Below, piece after piece: positions 1-9,146 of a stretch of DNA of 18,717 bases. Location: contig JAOZPT010000049.1 in assembly GCA_029932605.1 (NCBI GenBank), forward strand, positions 1 to 18,717. Reading direction: 5' to 3'. The position numbers and the translations under genes were made by a program. The stretch comes from Candidatus Zixiibacteriota bacterium. GTDB taxonomy: Bacteria; Zixibacteria; MSB-5A5; UBA10806; 4484-95. How positions within the stretch are numbered: the stretch's first letter is position 1; every line of letters begins with the position of its first letter. The notes under the pieces are model-generated. The model saw only the letters and a list, made by a program, of their open reading frames with translations, had not been told where the DNA came from and did no database searches.

Positions 1-2
1 GT

Positions 3-110
3 CAGCACAGGATAACCTGGTGCAATAAGGATGTTTCATCAGGAATATATTTCTATGTTTTAAAGACCGAAAAGGCTAAGATAATCCGAATGATGACTAT
101 TTTGAAGTAA
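3..110 (+). CDS. 3' end (partial) of a secreted protein with a T9SS type-A sorting / FlgD Ig-like C-terminal domain
   Basis: Not in the ORF track. Frame 3 reads QHRITWCNKDVSSGIYFYVLKTEKAKIIRMMTILK* (TAA 108-110), matching the W..(SG[IV]YFY.L)...(KM.LLK-stop) pattern of these C-terminal domains. Confidence 0.75.
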   Translation, partial: QHRITWCNKDVSSGIYFYVLKTEKAKIIRMMTILK

Positions 111-125
111 TATACTATTTGTGAT

Positions 126-147
126 AGGCAGATGTCCCCGTCTGTCT
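126..147 (+). terminator. Hairpin between convergent genes (terminator or degenerate REP)
   Basis: AGGCAGATG-tccc-CGTCTGTCT forms a 9-bp stem with 2 G-U pairs, lying between convergent stops at 110 and 172. The U-tract is poor. Confidence 0.35.
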
Positions 148-171
148 GGTGTTTGATTGGTCAAGAAATAA

Positions 172-1071
172 TCATGACAAAAACCGCGCCAGGATATAAC
201 CCACACCAAGTAAAAGCTGTGTCAATAAAACCACGATGATATTAGCCCCCTGGGCAGGTATTAGTTCCTCAAATTCATTAAATGTCAAAGCCCCTTTAAT
301 AGCTTTTAAACCAAATGGAAGCGTAAGTATCGCCAGAAGTGTCCAGGAGGGCATGAGTTTGGTTATAACGCCAACAATAATCCATATATAAACCATTACT
401 ATAAAAACTGAATATACTACAGCTGCTTTCTTTGTGCCAACGACAATAGGCAATGTCCTGCGATTACCAACCTTATCGGCTTCAACATCAGGGATTTCAT
501 TTAACAAAAGAAGGTTAAAAACCAGAAAACCCGAGGGAACCGAGGCATAAAGCGCCTGCCAGTTAAAGTGACCGTGTATTATCAAAAATGTCCCCAGGAC
601 AGGCAGTGTTCCCAATCCAAGACCGGCGGTAATCTCGCTTAGGCCAAACCCCAACCTTGCGATAATACCTGTGTAAGCTAAAACGAAAACTGCTCCAATG
701 ATGAAAATCGGCAGAAGGTATAAACCACGGACAACGAGCAAATATATCCCTATCGGCACAGCCAGAAAAAACGATACCAAACCCAATACCAGTACCGATG
801 AGGCACTCAACTTCCCGGTGGGTAAAAAACCACTGCCACCGGAAAAAGGCGTGAGCCTGGTTTTTAAATCGATGCCGGTTTTATAATCGCTATAGTCATT
901 TAAGGTGTTAACACTGATATGTAAGAATAATAATCCCACAAGCGATAGAACAAAGTAAAGGACATTGAATGTGCCGTTATATAAGGCCATTCCCATACCC
1001 AGAATCACCAGGATAGGCGATAGAATCAAAAATTGAGGCCTTGTCTCCAGAAAATATGTCTTTATGCTCAT
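172..1071 (-). CDS. menA: UbiA-family prenyltransferase, 1,4-dihydroxy-2-naphthoate polyprenyltransferase (MenA)-like
   Basis: N-terminal ETRP; Asp-rich motifs NTLNDYSDYKTGID and NEIPDVEADKVGNRRTL; FSGGSG loop; multiple TM helices; GGAGAGGAG RBS upstream. Confidence 0.8.
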   Translation of the reverse strand: MSIKTYFLETRPQFLILSPILVILGMGMALYNGTFNVLYFVLSLVGLLFLHISVNTLNDYSDYKTGIDLKTRLTPFSGGSGFLPTGKLSASSVLVLGLVSFFLAVPIGIYLLVVRGLYLLPIFIIGAVFVLAYTGIIARLGFGLSEITAGLGLGTLPVLGTFLIIHGHFNWQALYASVPSGFLVFNLLLLNEIPDVEADKVGNRRTLPIVVGTKKAAVVYSVFIVMVYIWIIVGVITKLMPSWTLLAILTLPFGLKAIKGALTFNEFEELIPAQGANIIVVLLTQLLLGVGYILARFLS

Positions 1072-1295
1072 TATGTTCTCCTCTCCATCATTCGACCGGC
1101 AAATTCTTTCATTATATATAACAAGTCAAGAGTTTTTTATTAAAGTCTAAAACATCTGCCATTATTACAACCGGTATTCGCGTACCAATAAAAAACCGAA
1201 GTCATTATTTTAAATAATCTATTGATAAAAAAGTTATATAAAACTAAATTACACAATGCCGAATTTGATAGTAATCTGATTATAGTCAGGTTCTT

Positions 1296-2120
1296 ATGGC
1301 ACAAATATTGAAAAAAACCGGAGAAAGAGTTGTCCCTGAGAAAATCCGCACCAAGGAGGAATATCTTCAGGTGCTTCGCCACACTTATCCCTATACTTAC
1401 GTTAAAGGGGAGATTTCCGGTGAAAGCAATGTCCTGGAGGTGGGGTTTGGAGAGGGTTATGGCACCAATCTGCTTTCTCAGACATGCCGTCACATTGTCG
1501 GCATAGATATTGATGAAAAGGTTGTAAATTATGCCCAAAAAAAATATGGGGCCGAAAGCTGCGAATTCAAATATTACGATGGCCATAATATCCCTTTTCC
1601 CGATAACTTTTTTGATGTGGTTATCTCCTTTCAAGTGATTGAGCATGTTGCAGATGATGCAGGCTTTATTTCAGAACTCCACAGGGTCCTTAAAAAAGGT
1701 GGGAAGTTATACATCACTACACCCAATAAAACAACAAGATTAAAACCCGGTCAGAAACCCTGGAACAGGTATCACATCAGAGAATATTATCCTGTTGAGC
1801 TTGAAACTGTTCTTCGCAGGAAATTTGATGATGTTAACATATTGGGAATAAGCGCCACCGATGAGATACACAGAATAGAATATAATAGATTTCATCAGGG
1901 GTTCCTGTTGAGTTTTGCGTTGAGATTAGGGTTTCGTCAGCTGATACCAAAGTCCATAGACCCATTTATTGCCCGATTCATAAGCCGCATCAAAGGCAAA
2001 AAAACCTCTACTTCGGAGAATAAAGATTTTTCAAAGATTTACTCTCTGGAGGATTTCAGGATTGAGAAGATGAATGTAAAAGAAAGCCTGGATCTTCTTG
2101 GTGTATGTCGTAAAACATAA
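1296..2120 (+). CDS. Class I SAM-dependent methyltransferase (Methyltransf_11-like)
   Basis: Motif I VLEVGFGEGYG, VGIDID, PFPDNFFDVVISFQVIEHV, RVLKKGGKLYITTPN; N-terminal TGERVVP and NRYHIREY. Confidence 0.9.
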   Translation: MAQILKKTGERVVPEKIRTKEEYLQVLRHTYPYTYVKGEISGESNVLEVGFGEGYGTNLLSQTCRHIVGIDIDEKVVNYAQKKYGAESCEFKYYDGHNIPFPDNFFDVVISFQVIEHVADDAGFISELHRVLKKGGKLYITTPNKTTRLKPGQKPWNRYHIREYYPVELETVLRRKFDDVNILGISATDEIHRIEYNRFHQGFLLSFALRLGFRQLIPKSIDPFIARFISRIKGKKTSTSENKDFSKIYSLEDFRIEKMNVKESLDLLGVCRKT

Positions 2121-2135
2121 AGATGCTCTTCAAAT

Positions 2136-2154
2136 ATTACTTATGATAAGTAAT
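2136..2154. promoter_or_regulatory. Perfect 9-1-9 AT-rich palindrome, candidate operator
   Basis: ATTACTTAT-G-ATAAGTAAT, ending 36 bp before the predicted -35 of the DUF3857 operon. Confidence 0.35.
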
Positions 2155-2190
2155 TAAATGATATACATTATAATATTGCCAACAATTTAG

Positions 2191-2219
2191 TTGAACAATT
2201 TTGTTTACTTGCTTATAAT
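2191..2219 (+). promoter_or_regulatory. Sigma70-type promoter for the DUF3857/transglutaminase operon
   Basis: TTGAAC (2191-2196), 17-bp spacer, TATAAT (2214-2219). Confidence 0.5.
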
Positions 2220-2331
2220 CATTCTATGTTTTATTCAGCGTTGAAAATAGCTCCTTTTCCCGAAACTATCCAGCCTAGTCAAACTTAATTTTTCAGGAAA
2301 AGAGGTTAATCGGTTTAATCAAAGAGGAATC

Positions 2332-4347
2332 ATGATGAAAACTAAGATTTTTGTCATCCTGTTATTATTAACAATATCCTGTATCAATGCACAAACAGGC
2401 TTACCTCAATCATTACCACCAGGGGACAATCCACCACCAACGGTGTTTGACCGGATCATGAATGCCGGTGACGCCGAAGATTTTGATAGCGCCGCCTATG
2501 TTATCGTCGTTGACTCTTCTATAAACACAGTGAACAAGCTGGGCGTAGCTAAAGTCAACAGTTATATCCTATATAAGGCACTCACTGAAAAGGGCTGCAA
2601 AGAGCTTTCTGTGCTCACCTGGGGCTATGAACCTATGAGTAATCATGTTGAAATCCATGAGGTAAATATAATCCGAAAAAACAAGGCGATACCAGTACCA
2701 GTGGATAGTATCCGTGACCTGCCTGCTCCACAGAGCGGTATTTACTGGAGTGACAGGATAAAGGTTCTTCAGCTTCCACGGCTTAGGGTAGGAGACGGTA
2801 TCGAAATCAAGGTTTTCCGTAAAGGATATTCCTACGCGCTTCTTGACTCAGAAGGAATTGAGCCCGATGATGAGCCCTACATTCCACCAATGCCCGGTCA
2901 GTATTTCGATATTGTGCTCTTCGAGGCCACCGTGCCAATTGTGGAAAAGAAGTATATTTTGAAATTGCCCTCAGACAAGCGCCTGCATTCCAAAATATAC
3001 AATGGTCCGATGTTCAGCAGTACAAGCTATACAACTGATACCACCATATACACATGGTGGATAAAAAACGTCCCAGCCTGGAAACCTCAGCGATATCGTC
3101 CGGATGATACTGATATTGTAACAAAGGTTGTAGTAGCTACGGTAGAAAGCTGGGAAGCGAAAAGTAGATGGTTTTTTGATATAAACGAGAAACAATTTGA
3201 GGTGACTGACGCCATTAAAACAAAAGTCGATGAGATCTTTGACAGAGCTGGTGTAACCAATGGTACCGAAGATGAAAAAGCCTTTGAGTTGGTGCACTGG
3301 GTAGCACAGAACATCCGCTACAGCGGACAGACTATGGGTAAAGGTGAGGGTTACACTCTGCATTCTGGAGCAATGATTTTTGAACAGCGAAGCGGTGTAT
3401 GCAAAGATATCGCTGGTATGCTTGTAACCATGATGCGGGCAGCCGGAATGGATTCATATGCTGCTATGACCATGGCTGGTAGCCGTATAGAGGATGTTCC
3501 AGCTGACCAATTCAACCATTGTGTCGTGGCTTTGAAGAAAAAGGGTGGCAATTTTGTTATGTATGATCCGACATGGGTTACGTTCAACAAGGATATTTGG
3601 AGCAAATATGAGACGGAACAACATTATTTAATCGGCACTCCACGGGGAGAGACACTAAGGCAGATTGCCTATAGTCCACCTGAGGAATCGCCTTTACGGG
3701 TTACAAGCACCGGCAAGATACTCCCAGATGGCACCTTTGAAGGCACTTTTGAACTCAAAGGAGATGGCGCCATGGACTCACGCCTTCGGGGTATGCTCAG
3801 GCGAAATCGCTTATCCGAGATAAACAACTACCTTGCCAGATTGCTTCATTACATCAGCGACCGCGTTGAGTTAATCAGTTATGAGCACGGTGAATTACTT
3901 GATTTTAAAAAGAGCATGTGGTGGAAAATCAGTTACAGAATCCCTGAATTCGCTTTACTTGTTGATGGTGGTTACGAATTTAAAAGTCCTATGATGCAAT
4001 TAACAAGTTACAATCTTTTCAGATACATAACCTACAATTGGCCGGAAAAACGACGGGATGACGTATTCTTTTATGCCACACAACTGCTTGATGCCAGCGA
4101 GAAAATAAAGCTTCCCAGAGGATATAAAGTGACCAAGCCAAAAGAGGTCAAGGAGATAAATGAAACATACGCCTATTTCAACGGCGAAAGCAAGATGAGC
4201 AAGAAGGATTTTGTGATAAAACAGAAAGTAATCATCAAGCGACGCCAGATTCCACCGGATGGTTACGATGGCTTTCGGAGGGTGATGAGAGAGACTAAAA
4301 AGTATGCCGAGTCTATTTTCCGTGCCGAGAAAGGGGGTACAAAGTGA
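2332..4347 (+). CDS. Exported DUF3857 + transglutaminase-like domain protein, catalytic triad intact
   Basis: Signal peptide MKTKIFVILLLLTISCINAQ; DUF3857-like LPRLRVGDGIE; WVAQNIRY; GVCKD (C357), FNHC (H396), YDPT (D412); C-terminal beta domain (IKLPRGY). AGAGGA RBS; start 2332 or 2335. Confidence 0.88.
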   Translation: MMKTKIFVILLLLTISCINAQTGLPQSLPPGDNPPPTVFDRIMNAGDAEDFDSAAYVIVVDSSINTVNKLGVAKVNSYILYKALTEKGCKELSVLTWGYEPMSNHVEIHEVNIIRKNKAIPVPVDSIRDLPAPQSGIYWSDRIKVLQLPRLRVGDGIEIKVFRKGYSYALLDSEGIEPDDEPYIPPMPGQYFDIVLFEATVPIVEKKYILKLPSDKRLHSKIYNGPMFSSTSYTTDTTIYTWWIKNVPAWKPQRYRPDDTDIVTKVVVATVESWEAKSRWFFDINEKQFEVTDAIKTKVDEIFDRAGVTNGTEDEKAFELVHWVAQNIRYSGQTMGKGEGYTLHSGAMIFEQRSGVCKDIAGMLVTMMRAAGMDSYAAMTMAGSRIEDVPADQFNHCVVALKKKGGNFVMYDPTWVTFNKDIWSKYETEQHYLIGTPRGETLRQIAYSPPEESPLRVTSTGKILPDGTFEGTFELKGDGAMDSRLRGMLRRNRLSEINNYLARLLHYISDRVELISYEHGELLDFKKSMWWKISYRIPEFALLVDGGYEFKSPMMQLTSYNLFRYITYNWPEKRRDDVFFYATQLLDASEKIKLPRGYKVTKPKEVKEINETYAYFNGESKMSKKDFVIKQKVIIKRRQIPPDGYDGFRRVMRETKKYAESIFRAEKGGTK

Positions 4348-6317
4348 AAAGCCACATGAAGAATATGATTTTAATCCTGGCTATTTCAGCCATTCTGGCA
4401 ACATGTACTCCAACAGTATGGGCACAGAAATCCATCTTCGGAATGCAGGATATCTCAGAACTTCTTAAGGTCGCCGAGAAGAGCTTTGATTTGTCAGGAG
4501 AAGATGCTGTTATATTATTCGACAGTAAAGAAGTGAATTGGTTACATAATGGAAAATTATTAACCCATATACATCGTATAATCTGGATAAATACCGAGAT
4601 CGCGAAGAGAAAATATGGTGACCATCGCATTCCATATGATGATGCCCATTGTTATTTCAAGGAGATCACCGTCCGAACCTGGCGGGACGGGCAGTGGTGG
4701 GTGACAGGTTCTACCGGCGTCGTCGAAACTCTCCCTTTCAAACTTGAAAAAGCTTATGATTATACCAATATGCGGGAGATGATGTTGCTTCATAATGGTA
4801 TCGAGCTGCCTTGTATACTTGAAATTGCATACACCATAGGGGACAAGGAACCTTTCCGAAGTGGAGCCGAAGGTCTCTGGACTTTCTCCCGTGAGGAACC
4901 TGTTATACAGTCATGGTTTACTTATGGACTGCCGGCTGGGCAGATGCCCAATTTATTTACATCGGAGGACGTCCCCGAGCCAGAAAAAGATACTGATGAG
5001 GAGCTCGGGCTGGATATCTACCGTTGGAAGATGGGACCGTTAGAGGCCATCCCACGCCCGCATACAGATGACCCCGTGGGATATATACCCCACATAATCT
5101 GGTCAACCTGGAGGAACTGGAAAGAGTATGGAAATTACCTTAATGACTCATTTAAAACTGCAACAAGACTTGATGAATCCCTTAAAAAATCTCTGGATTC
5201 TCTTCTTGTAAACGCTCGTACTATCCCTGAGAAGGCAGATCTTATAGCTGAATTTATAAATAAAAGAGTAAGATTTATCGATTATCCGGAACATTACTGG
5301 TGGCCGTCACCACGGCAAGCTTTACGCACTTATAAAACGGCTTATGGTCATCGTCTAGATCGTGCCATATTGGCTGCCGCCTTGTTTGAGGAAGCTGGAA
5401 TAAAACCATGTCCTGTATTCCTCGGGAAAAGTTATGGCCTTGTCGATGAAGGAGTACCCGCACTCTCACGGATGGTCGGAGTCGGTTTATGGGTCTCGGG
5501 GGATGACCTTGAGGCATACTACGATCCTGCCAGCGGAACGGTTTTCAATGGTCTCACCCGAATTTATAACCGAACCATCTGGTTTCCGGGCTTTGATGAC
5601 AAACCAAGTGTGCTTACCACCGCCGAAAATAAACAGAGCTATATCGAAGTCCGCATCGACTTGGCATTTGATACCCAAAAAGACTGTTTTACCGGCAACG
5701 GTTATCTTTGCGCGGACAATTGTTTTAGTCCTTATGACCGGATGGAGGGCCTTGCTCAGGAATCGAAGAAATATCTTGGGTCGGTTGTCTCCAGCCTTAT
5801 CAAGGGTGCCGAGGTTACGGGTTTCAATCCGAGTGTTTTCAATCGCTCAAGGGTAGTGATGGGATTTGAATTGGAGCTGGAAAAACCCGAGCAAGATGAA
5901 TCGGGGCGTCTTAAAATTATCGTGGGTGAACCATCGGGGGGTGTTTTTGACCATTTACCGGCTGATGTTCACCTTTATCATCAGATGCGTTCTTCCCAGG
6001 TGCAAATTCCATGCTTGATGAATCAGGTCGTAGAACTCCGTTTAGATTTGGAGGGGCTGGATGTGATATATCATGCAACCGACCAGAGTTTAGAGAATGG
6101 GGCTGGAAGTTTCTCTATTAAAACCCATCGAAAGGATAATAAAATAGTTATTACACGTAAGCTTAATCTAACAAAAACAATATATCAACCTGAAGAATGG
6201 TTGGCTTTGCGTTCTTTGCTTTTATCTGACTCTCATGAGAAAAACCAAACCCTGTTCTTAAAGACAACAAAAAACACCAAAGACAACCACATCAAGAAAG
6301 ACAATACCAAGAAATAA
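4344..6317 (+). CDS. Exported DUF3857/transglutaminase-fold paralog, catalytically degenerate
   Basis: GTGA overlap with the upstream stop (alternative ATG at 4356); signal peptide ending VWAQ; DAVILFD; GIELPCILEIAY; FINKRVRF. GHRLDRAILAAAL replaces GxCKD; YDP retained. Confidence 0.8.
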   Translation: MKSHMKNMILILAISAILATCTPTVWAQKSIFGMQDISELLKVAEKSFDLSGEDAVILFDSKEVNWLHNGKLLTHIHRIIWINTEIAKRKYGDHRIPYDDAHCYFKEITVRTWRDGQWWVTGSTGVVETLPFKLEKAYDYTNMREMMLLHNGIELPCILEIAYTIGDKEPFRSGAEGLWTFSREEPVIQSWFTYGLPAGQMPNLFTSEDVPEPEKDTDEELGLDIYRWKMGPLEAIPRPHTDDPVGYIPHIIWSTWRNWKEYGNYLNDSFKTATRLDESLKKSLDSLLVNARTIPEKADLIAEFINKRVRFIDYPEHYWWPSPRQALRTYKTAYGHRLDRAILAAALFEEAGIKPCPVFLGKSYGLVDEGVPALSRMVGVGLWVSGDDLEAYYDPASGTVFNGLTRIYNRTIWFPGFDDKPSVLTTAENKQSYIEVRIDLAFDTQKDCFTGNGYLCADNCFSPYDRMEGLAQESKKYLGSVVSSLIKGAEVTGFNPSVFNRSRVVMGFELELEKPEQDESGRLKIIVGEPSGGVFDHLPADVHLYHQMRSSQVQIPCLMNQVVELRLDLEGLDVIYHATDQSLENGAGSFSIKTHRKDNKIVITRKLNLTKTIYQPEEWLALRSLLLSDSHEKNQTLFLKTTKNTKDNHIKKDNTKK

Positions 6318-6413
6318 AATTGAATGTATATCCCCAAATAGTTGTATATCTCTTTCTCGTTTGCATTTCAACGAAACGGCTATCAAATCTTGGTATACAT
6401 TGATGATATTATT

Positions 6414-8729
6414 TCATCGATTTCGTTTTTTGTAAGGAACGATTGTTATTCCCCTAATTCCATGGCAAACCCTCCAGTGGGTATTTTCTCTTATGCTTCC
6501 GTTTATAAATAACCTGCTTAAAGGTATCTGTAGGTATCGTTCGACAATTCGGTGAAGTTCCCTTACGCCATTTTGCGGGTCGTATCCTTTTTCAGCCAGA
6601 AACTTCTCGGCCTCCTTTTCAATCTCGAGAGTTATTTTATATTGGCGTTTAAGGTCTTCAGAAATTTCGTCAATCATCCGTCTTAAGATTTTCCTTACAC
6701 TTTTTTTATCAAGCGGCCGGAAAACTACCACTTCATCTAATCGATTGATAAACTCCAGACGAAAATGTTTAACAAGTTCGTTGACAACAGCCGTCTTGTT
6801 TAGCCCATTTCCCCGAGATGTGAAACCTATCTTTTTATCGGGAGAGATATTACAGGTCATAATAAAAATAGCGTTTCTCGCATCAACGGTCCAACCTTTT
6901 GAATCAGTGAGTCGACCATCATCAAATATTTGAAGCAGGAGATCAAAAACCTTGGGATGAGCCTTATCTACTTCATCAAGCAGTATAACTGAATACCGTT
7001 TCGTTTTGAGTTTGCCTGTCAGTTGGCCTTCTTCATCGTAGCCTACATAACCTGGTGGAGAACCTACGAGTTTGGCTATACTATGTTCCTCCGAATATTC
7101 AGACATGTCGATTCGTATTAGACCTGATTCGTCTTTGATAAGAGATTCAGCAATCAGCTTTGCCAGTTCGGTTTTTCCAACGCCACTAGGGCCAACGAAT
7201 AAAAACACAGCTAGGGGTTTCTTTCTTTTGCTTATGTTGGCATGAGCCATAAGAAGCCGTTCACACACCTGAGAGACTGCCTCATCCTGGCCAACCAAGC
7301 CTTTTTTTATAGTCTCTTCCAGTTCTGATAAACGCGACTTCCGAACATCTTCCAAATACCCCGCAATAACTTCAAGGGGAACTTCAATCTTCTCCGAGAG
7401 AACTTTCGCAATCGCCAACTCTGTGACTTCTAAACAAGTGTCTATACATTTATTGTTATCATCCGGTGTCATCCTCTTTTTGTCAACATTGTCCATCGCT
7501 CCCAGCCCAGGTATTCGTGTCTGAGCTCCTGCTTTATCGACCAGATCGATTGCCTTATCCGGTAGGCGGTGATCCGAATCGAATTTTATAGAAAGATCAA
7601 CTGCCGCTTCTAAAGCCCTATCGTTAATCCTGGCTTTATGATGTTTTTCCATCTTTGACTTAAGCCCTTTGAGTATCTCTATTGCTTCATCACGGCTCGG
7701 TTCGTTTATAATTATTTTCTCAAACCGCCTTTCCAGGGCAGAATCTTTCTCGATAAAACGTTGATATTCTTTAGCGGTTGTAGCTCCTATACAACGGATA
7801 TCCCCCCGAGCAAGAGCCGGTTTCATAATATTTGCCGCATCCAAACTTCCTCCAGCCAACCCGGCTCCCACAACAGTGTGCAATTCATCGATAAAAATGA
7901 TCACTTCAGGACGGCTACGAACCTCTTTTATAATTTTCTCAAGACGTTCTTCGAATTCACCCCGGTATTTGGTACCACCCACCAAAGCCCCCATATTTAA
8001 TTCGATAATTTTTTGCCCATCTATAACATGCGTATCCTTACCCTCGATGATTTGCATAGCTAAGGCATGCACGGTGGCAGTTTTGCCAACGCCTGCCTCT
8101 CCCACAAGCACCGGGTTGTTTTTTGAAAGGCGGGCAAGGGTTTGGATTACTTGAAGGAGCTCTCTGCGACGTCCTATAAACGGACCAAGTTTGCCTTCTC
8201 GAGCCTCACCTGTCAGGTCTCTACCATATTTCTCAAGTAAACTTTCACCTTCATAAATACTTTCGGGTTGCTTTTTTATCTTGAGCCTTCTGGATACGCT
8301 ATCTTTTTCAAACTGTTTTCCAGCTGTGTTTTTTCGAGATGCTGTTTGGACATTGTTATTTGTATTTTTAATCCATTTATTTGCTTTTTCAAGAATTATC
8401 CTATTGTTAAAAGGCTTAACGACATAATCCGAAGCTCCCGCTTCAATAGCCTTCTTTACGGTTGCTTCGTCCGCAAGACCGGTGGTAATTATTACGGGAA
8501 TAGAAGATGTTTCTGGATTTCCCCGAAAATTACGGCATACTTCGATACCATTGATGTCGGGCAACATTATATCAAGGAAAATACAATCGTATCTGTTTTC
8601 AAGTACCTTACCTGTTGCTTCGTAGCCGGTTAGGGCGCAATCGACTTCATATTCCTTAGTGGATAAAAGACGATTCTTTATGAGCCTTGATACAACAGGT
8701 TCATCATCAACGACGAGGATTTTTTTCAA
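6414..8729 (-). CDS. Response-regulator receiver domain fused to a ClpA/ClpC-type double AAA+ ATPase (ClpP-interacting)
   Basis: TTG start with AGGAG/AGGAA RBS. REC aa 1-120 (D8 D9, D53, T83, K105). D1: GEAGVGKT, KYRGEFEERL, IIFIDE, ALERRF, LPDKAIDLVD. D2: GPSGVGKT, RIDMSEY, PPGYVGY, LLDEVDKAH, GRLTDSKG, EFINRLDE, GVREL. IGF loop at aa 634-636. No Clp N-domain and no coiled-coil M-domain. Confidence 0.92.
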   Translation of the reverse strand: MKKILVVDDEPVVSRLIKNRLLSTKEYEVDCALTGYEATGKVLENRYDCIFLDIMLPDINGIEVCRNFRGNPETSSIPVIITTGLADEATVKKAIEAGASDYVVKPFNNRIILEKANKWIKNTNNNVQTASRKNTAGKQFEKDSVSRRLKIKKQPESIYEGESLLEKYGRDLTGEAREGKLGPFIGRRRELLQVIQTLARLSKNNPVLVGEAGVGKTATVHALAMQIIEGKDTHVIDGQKIIELNMGALVGGTKYRGEFEERLEKIIKEVRSRPEVIIFIDELHTVVGAGLAGGSLDAANIMKPALARGDIRCIGATTAKEYQRFIEKDSALERRFEKIIINEPSRDEAIEILKGLKSKMEKHHKARINDRALEAAVDLSIKFDSDHRLPDKAIDLVDKAGAQTRIPGLGAMDNVDKKRMTPDDNNKCIDTCLEVTELAIAKVLSEKIEVPLEVIAGYLEDVRKSRLSELEETIKKGLVGQDEAVSQVCERLLMAHANISKRKKPLAVFLFVGPSGVGKTELAKLIAESLIKDESGLIRIDMSEYSEEHSIAKLVGSPPGYVGYDEEGQLTGKLKTKRYSVILLDEVDKAHPKVFDLLLQIFDDGRLTDSKGWTVDARNAIFIMTCNISPDKKIGFTSRGNGLNKTAVVNELVKHFRLEFINRLDEVVVFRPLDKKSVRKILRRMIDEISEDLKRQYKITLEIEKEAEKFLAEKGYDPQNGVRELHRIVERYLQIPLSRLFINGSIRENTHWRVCHGIRGITIVPYKKRNR

Positions 8730-8747
8730 CTTCCTTACTCCTTAGGG

Positions 8748-9146
8748 CTAAGCCTGACTTCCCTTTTCTATAAGTTCTTTTACCTCCAACAGCTCTTTAA
8801 TCTTCTTCAACAAATCTTTCGGTTGATAAGGTTTGGTCATATAGGCGGATGCTCTTTCTTCTATGGCTTGTTTCATATCCTTAATTGAATCCCGAGCCGT
8901 AAGCATCAATACCGGGATTTTAGACGTCTGCTCGGATGAGCGCAACCACTGGCATACAGAATGTCCATCCCCCTCGGGCATCGATATATCCAATATTATA
9001 AGGTCTGGTTTCGTTTCGATAGTTTGTTGCTTGGCCTGAGCCCCATTCTCGGCTGTTATAACCTCGTAACCTTTAGCCTTAAGTAAAACAGAGACAGTAA
9101 ACACTATTTCAGGCTCGTCATCCACTACTAAGATTTTTTTTGCCAT
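8748..9146 (-). CDS. Single-domain response regulator (receiver only)
   Basis: KKILVVDDE, PDLIILDISMP, MLTA, YMTKPY; GGAG RBS; overlaps the upstream gene by 19 bp. Confidence 0.92.
   Translation of the reverse strand: MAKKILVVDDEPEIVFTVSVLLKAKGYEVITAENGAQAKQQTIETKPDLIILDISMPEGDGHSVCQWLRSSEQTSKIPVLMLTARDSIKDMKQAIEERASAYMTKPYQPKDLLKKIKELLEVKELIEKGSQA

Noticed and set aside
1140..1646. 168-aa minus-strand ORF
   Set aside because: Antisense shadow of the methyltransferase gene and its promoter region; no motifs.
1296..2120. Methyltransferase as MenG/UbiE because it neighbours menA
   Set aside because: Lacks UbiE-type motifs (YD..N, D...GTGD, FGLRN); it is divergently transcribed and resembles TGER..P-type generic methyltransferases.
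6414..8729. Calling the ATPase ClpB, ClpV/TssH or canonical clpA/clpC
   Set aside because: No M-domain and IGF present (not ClpB); no T6SS genes (not ClpV); no Clp N-domain, so no canonical symbol was assigned.
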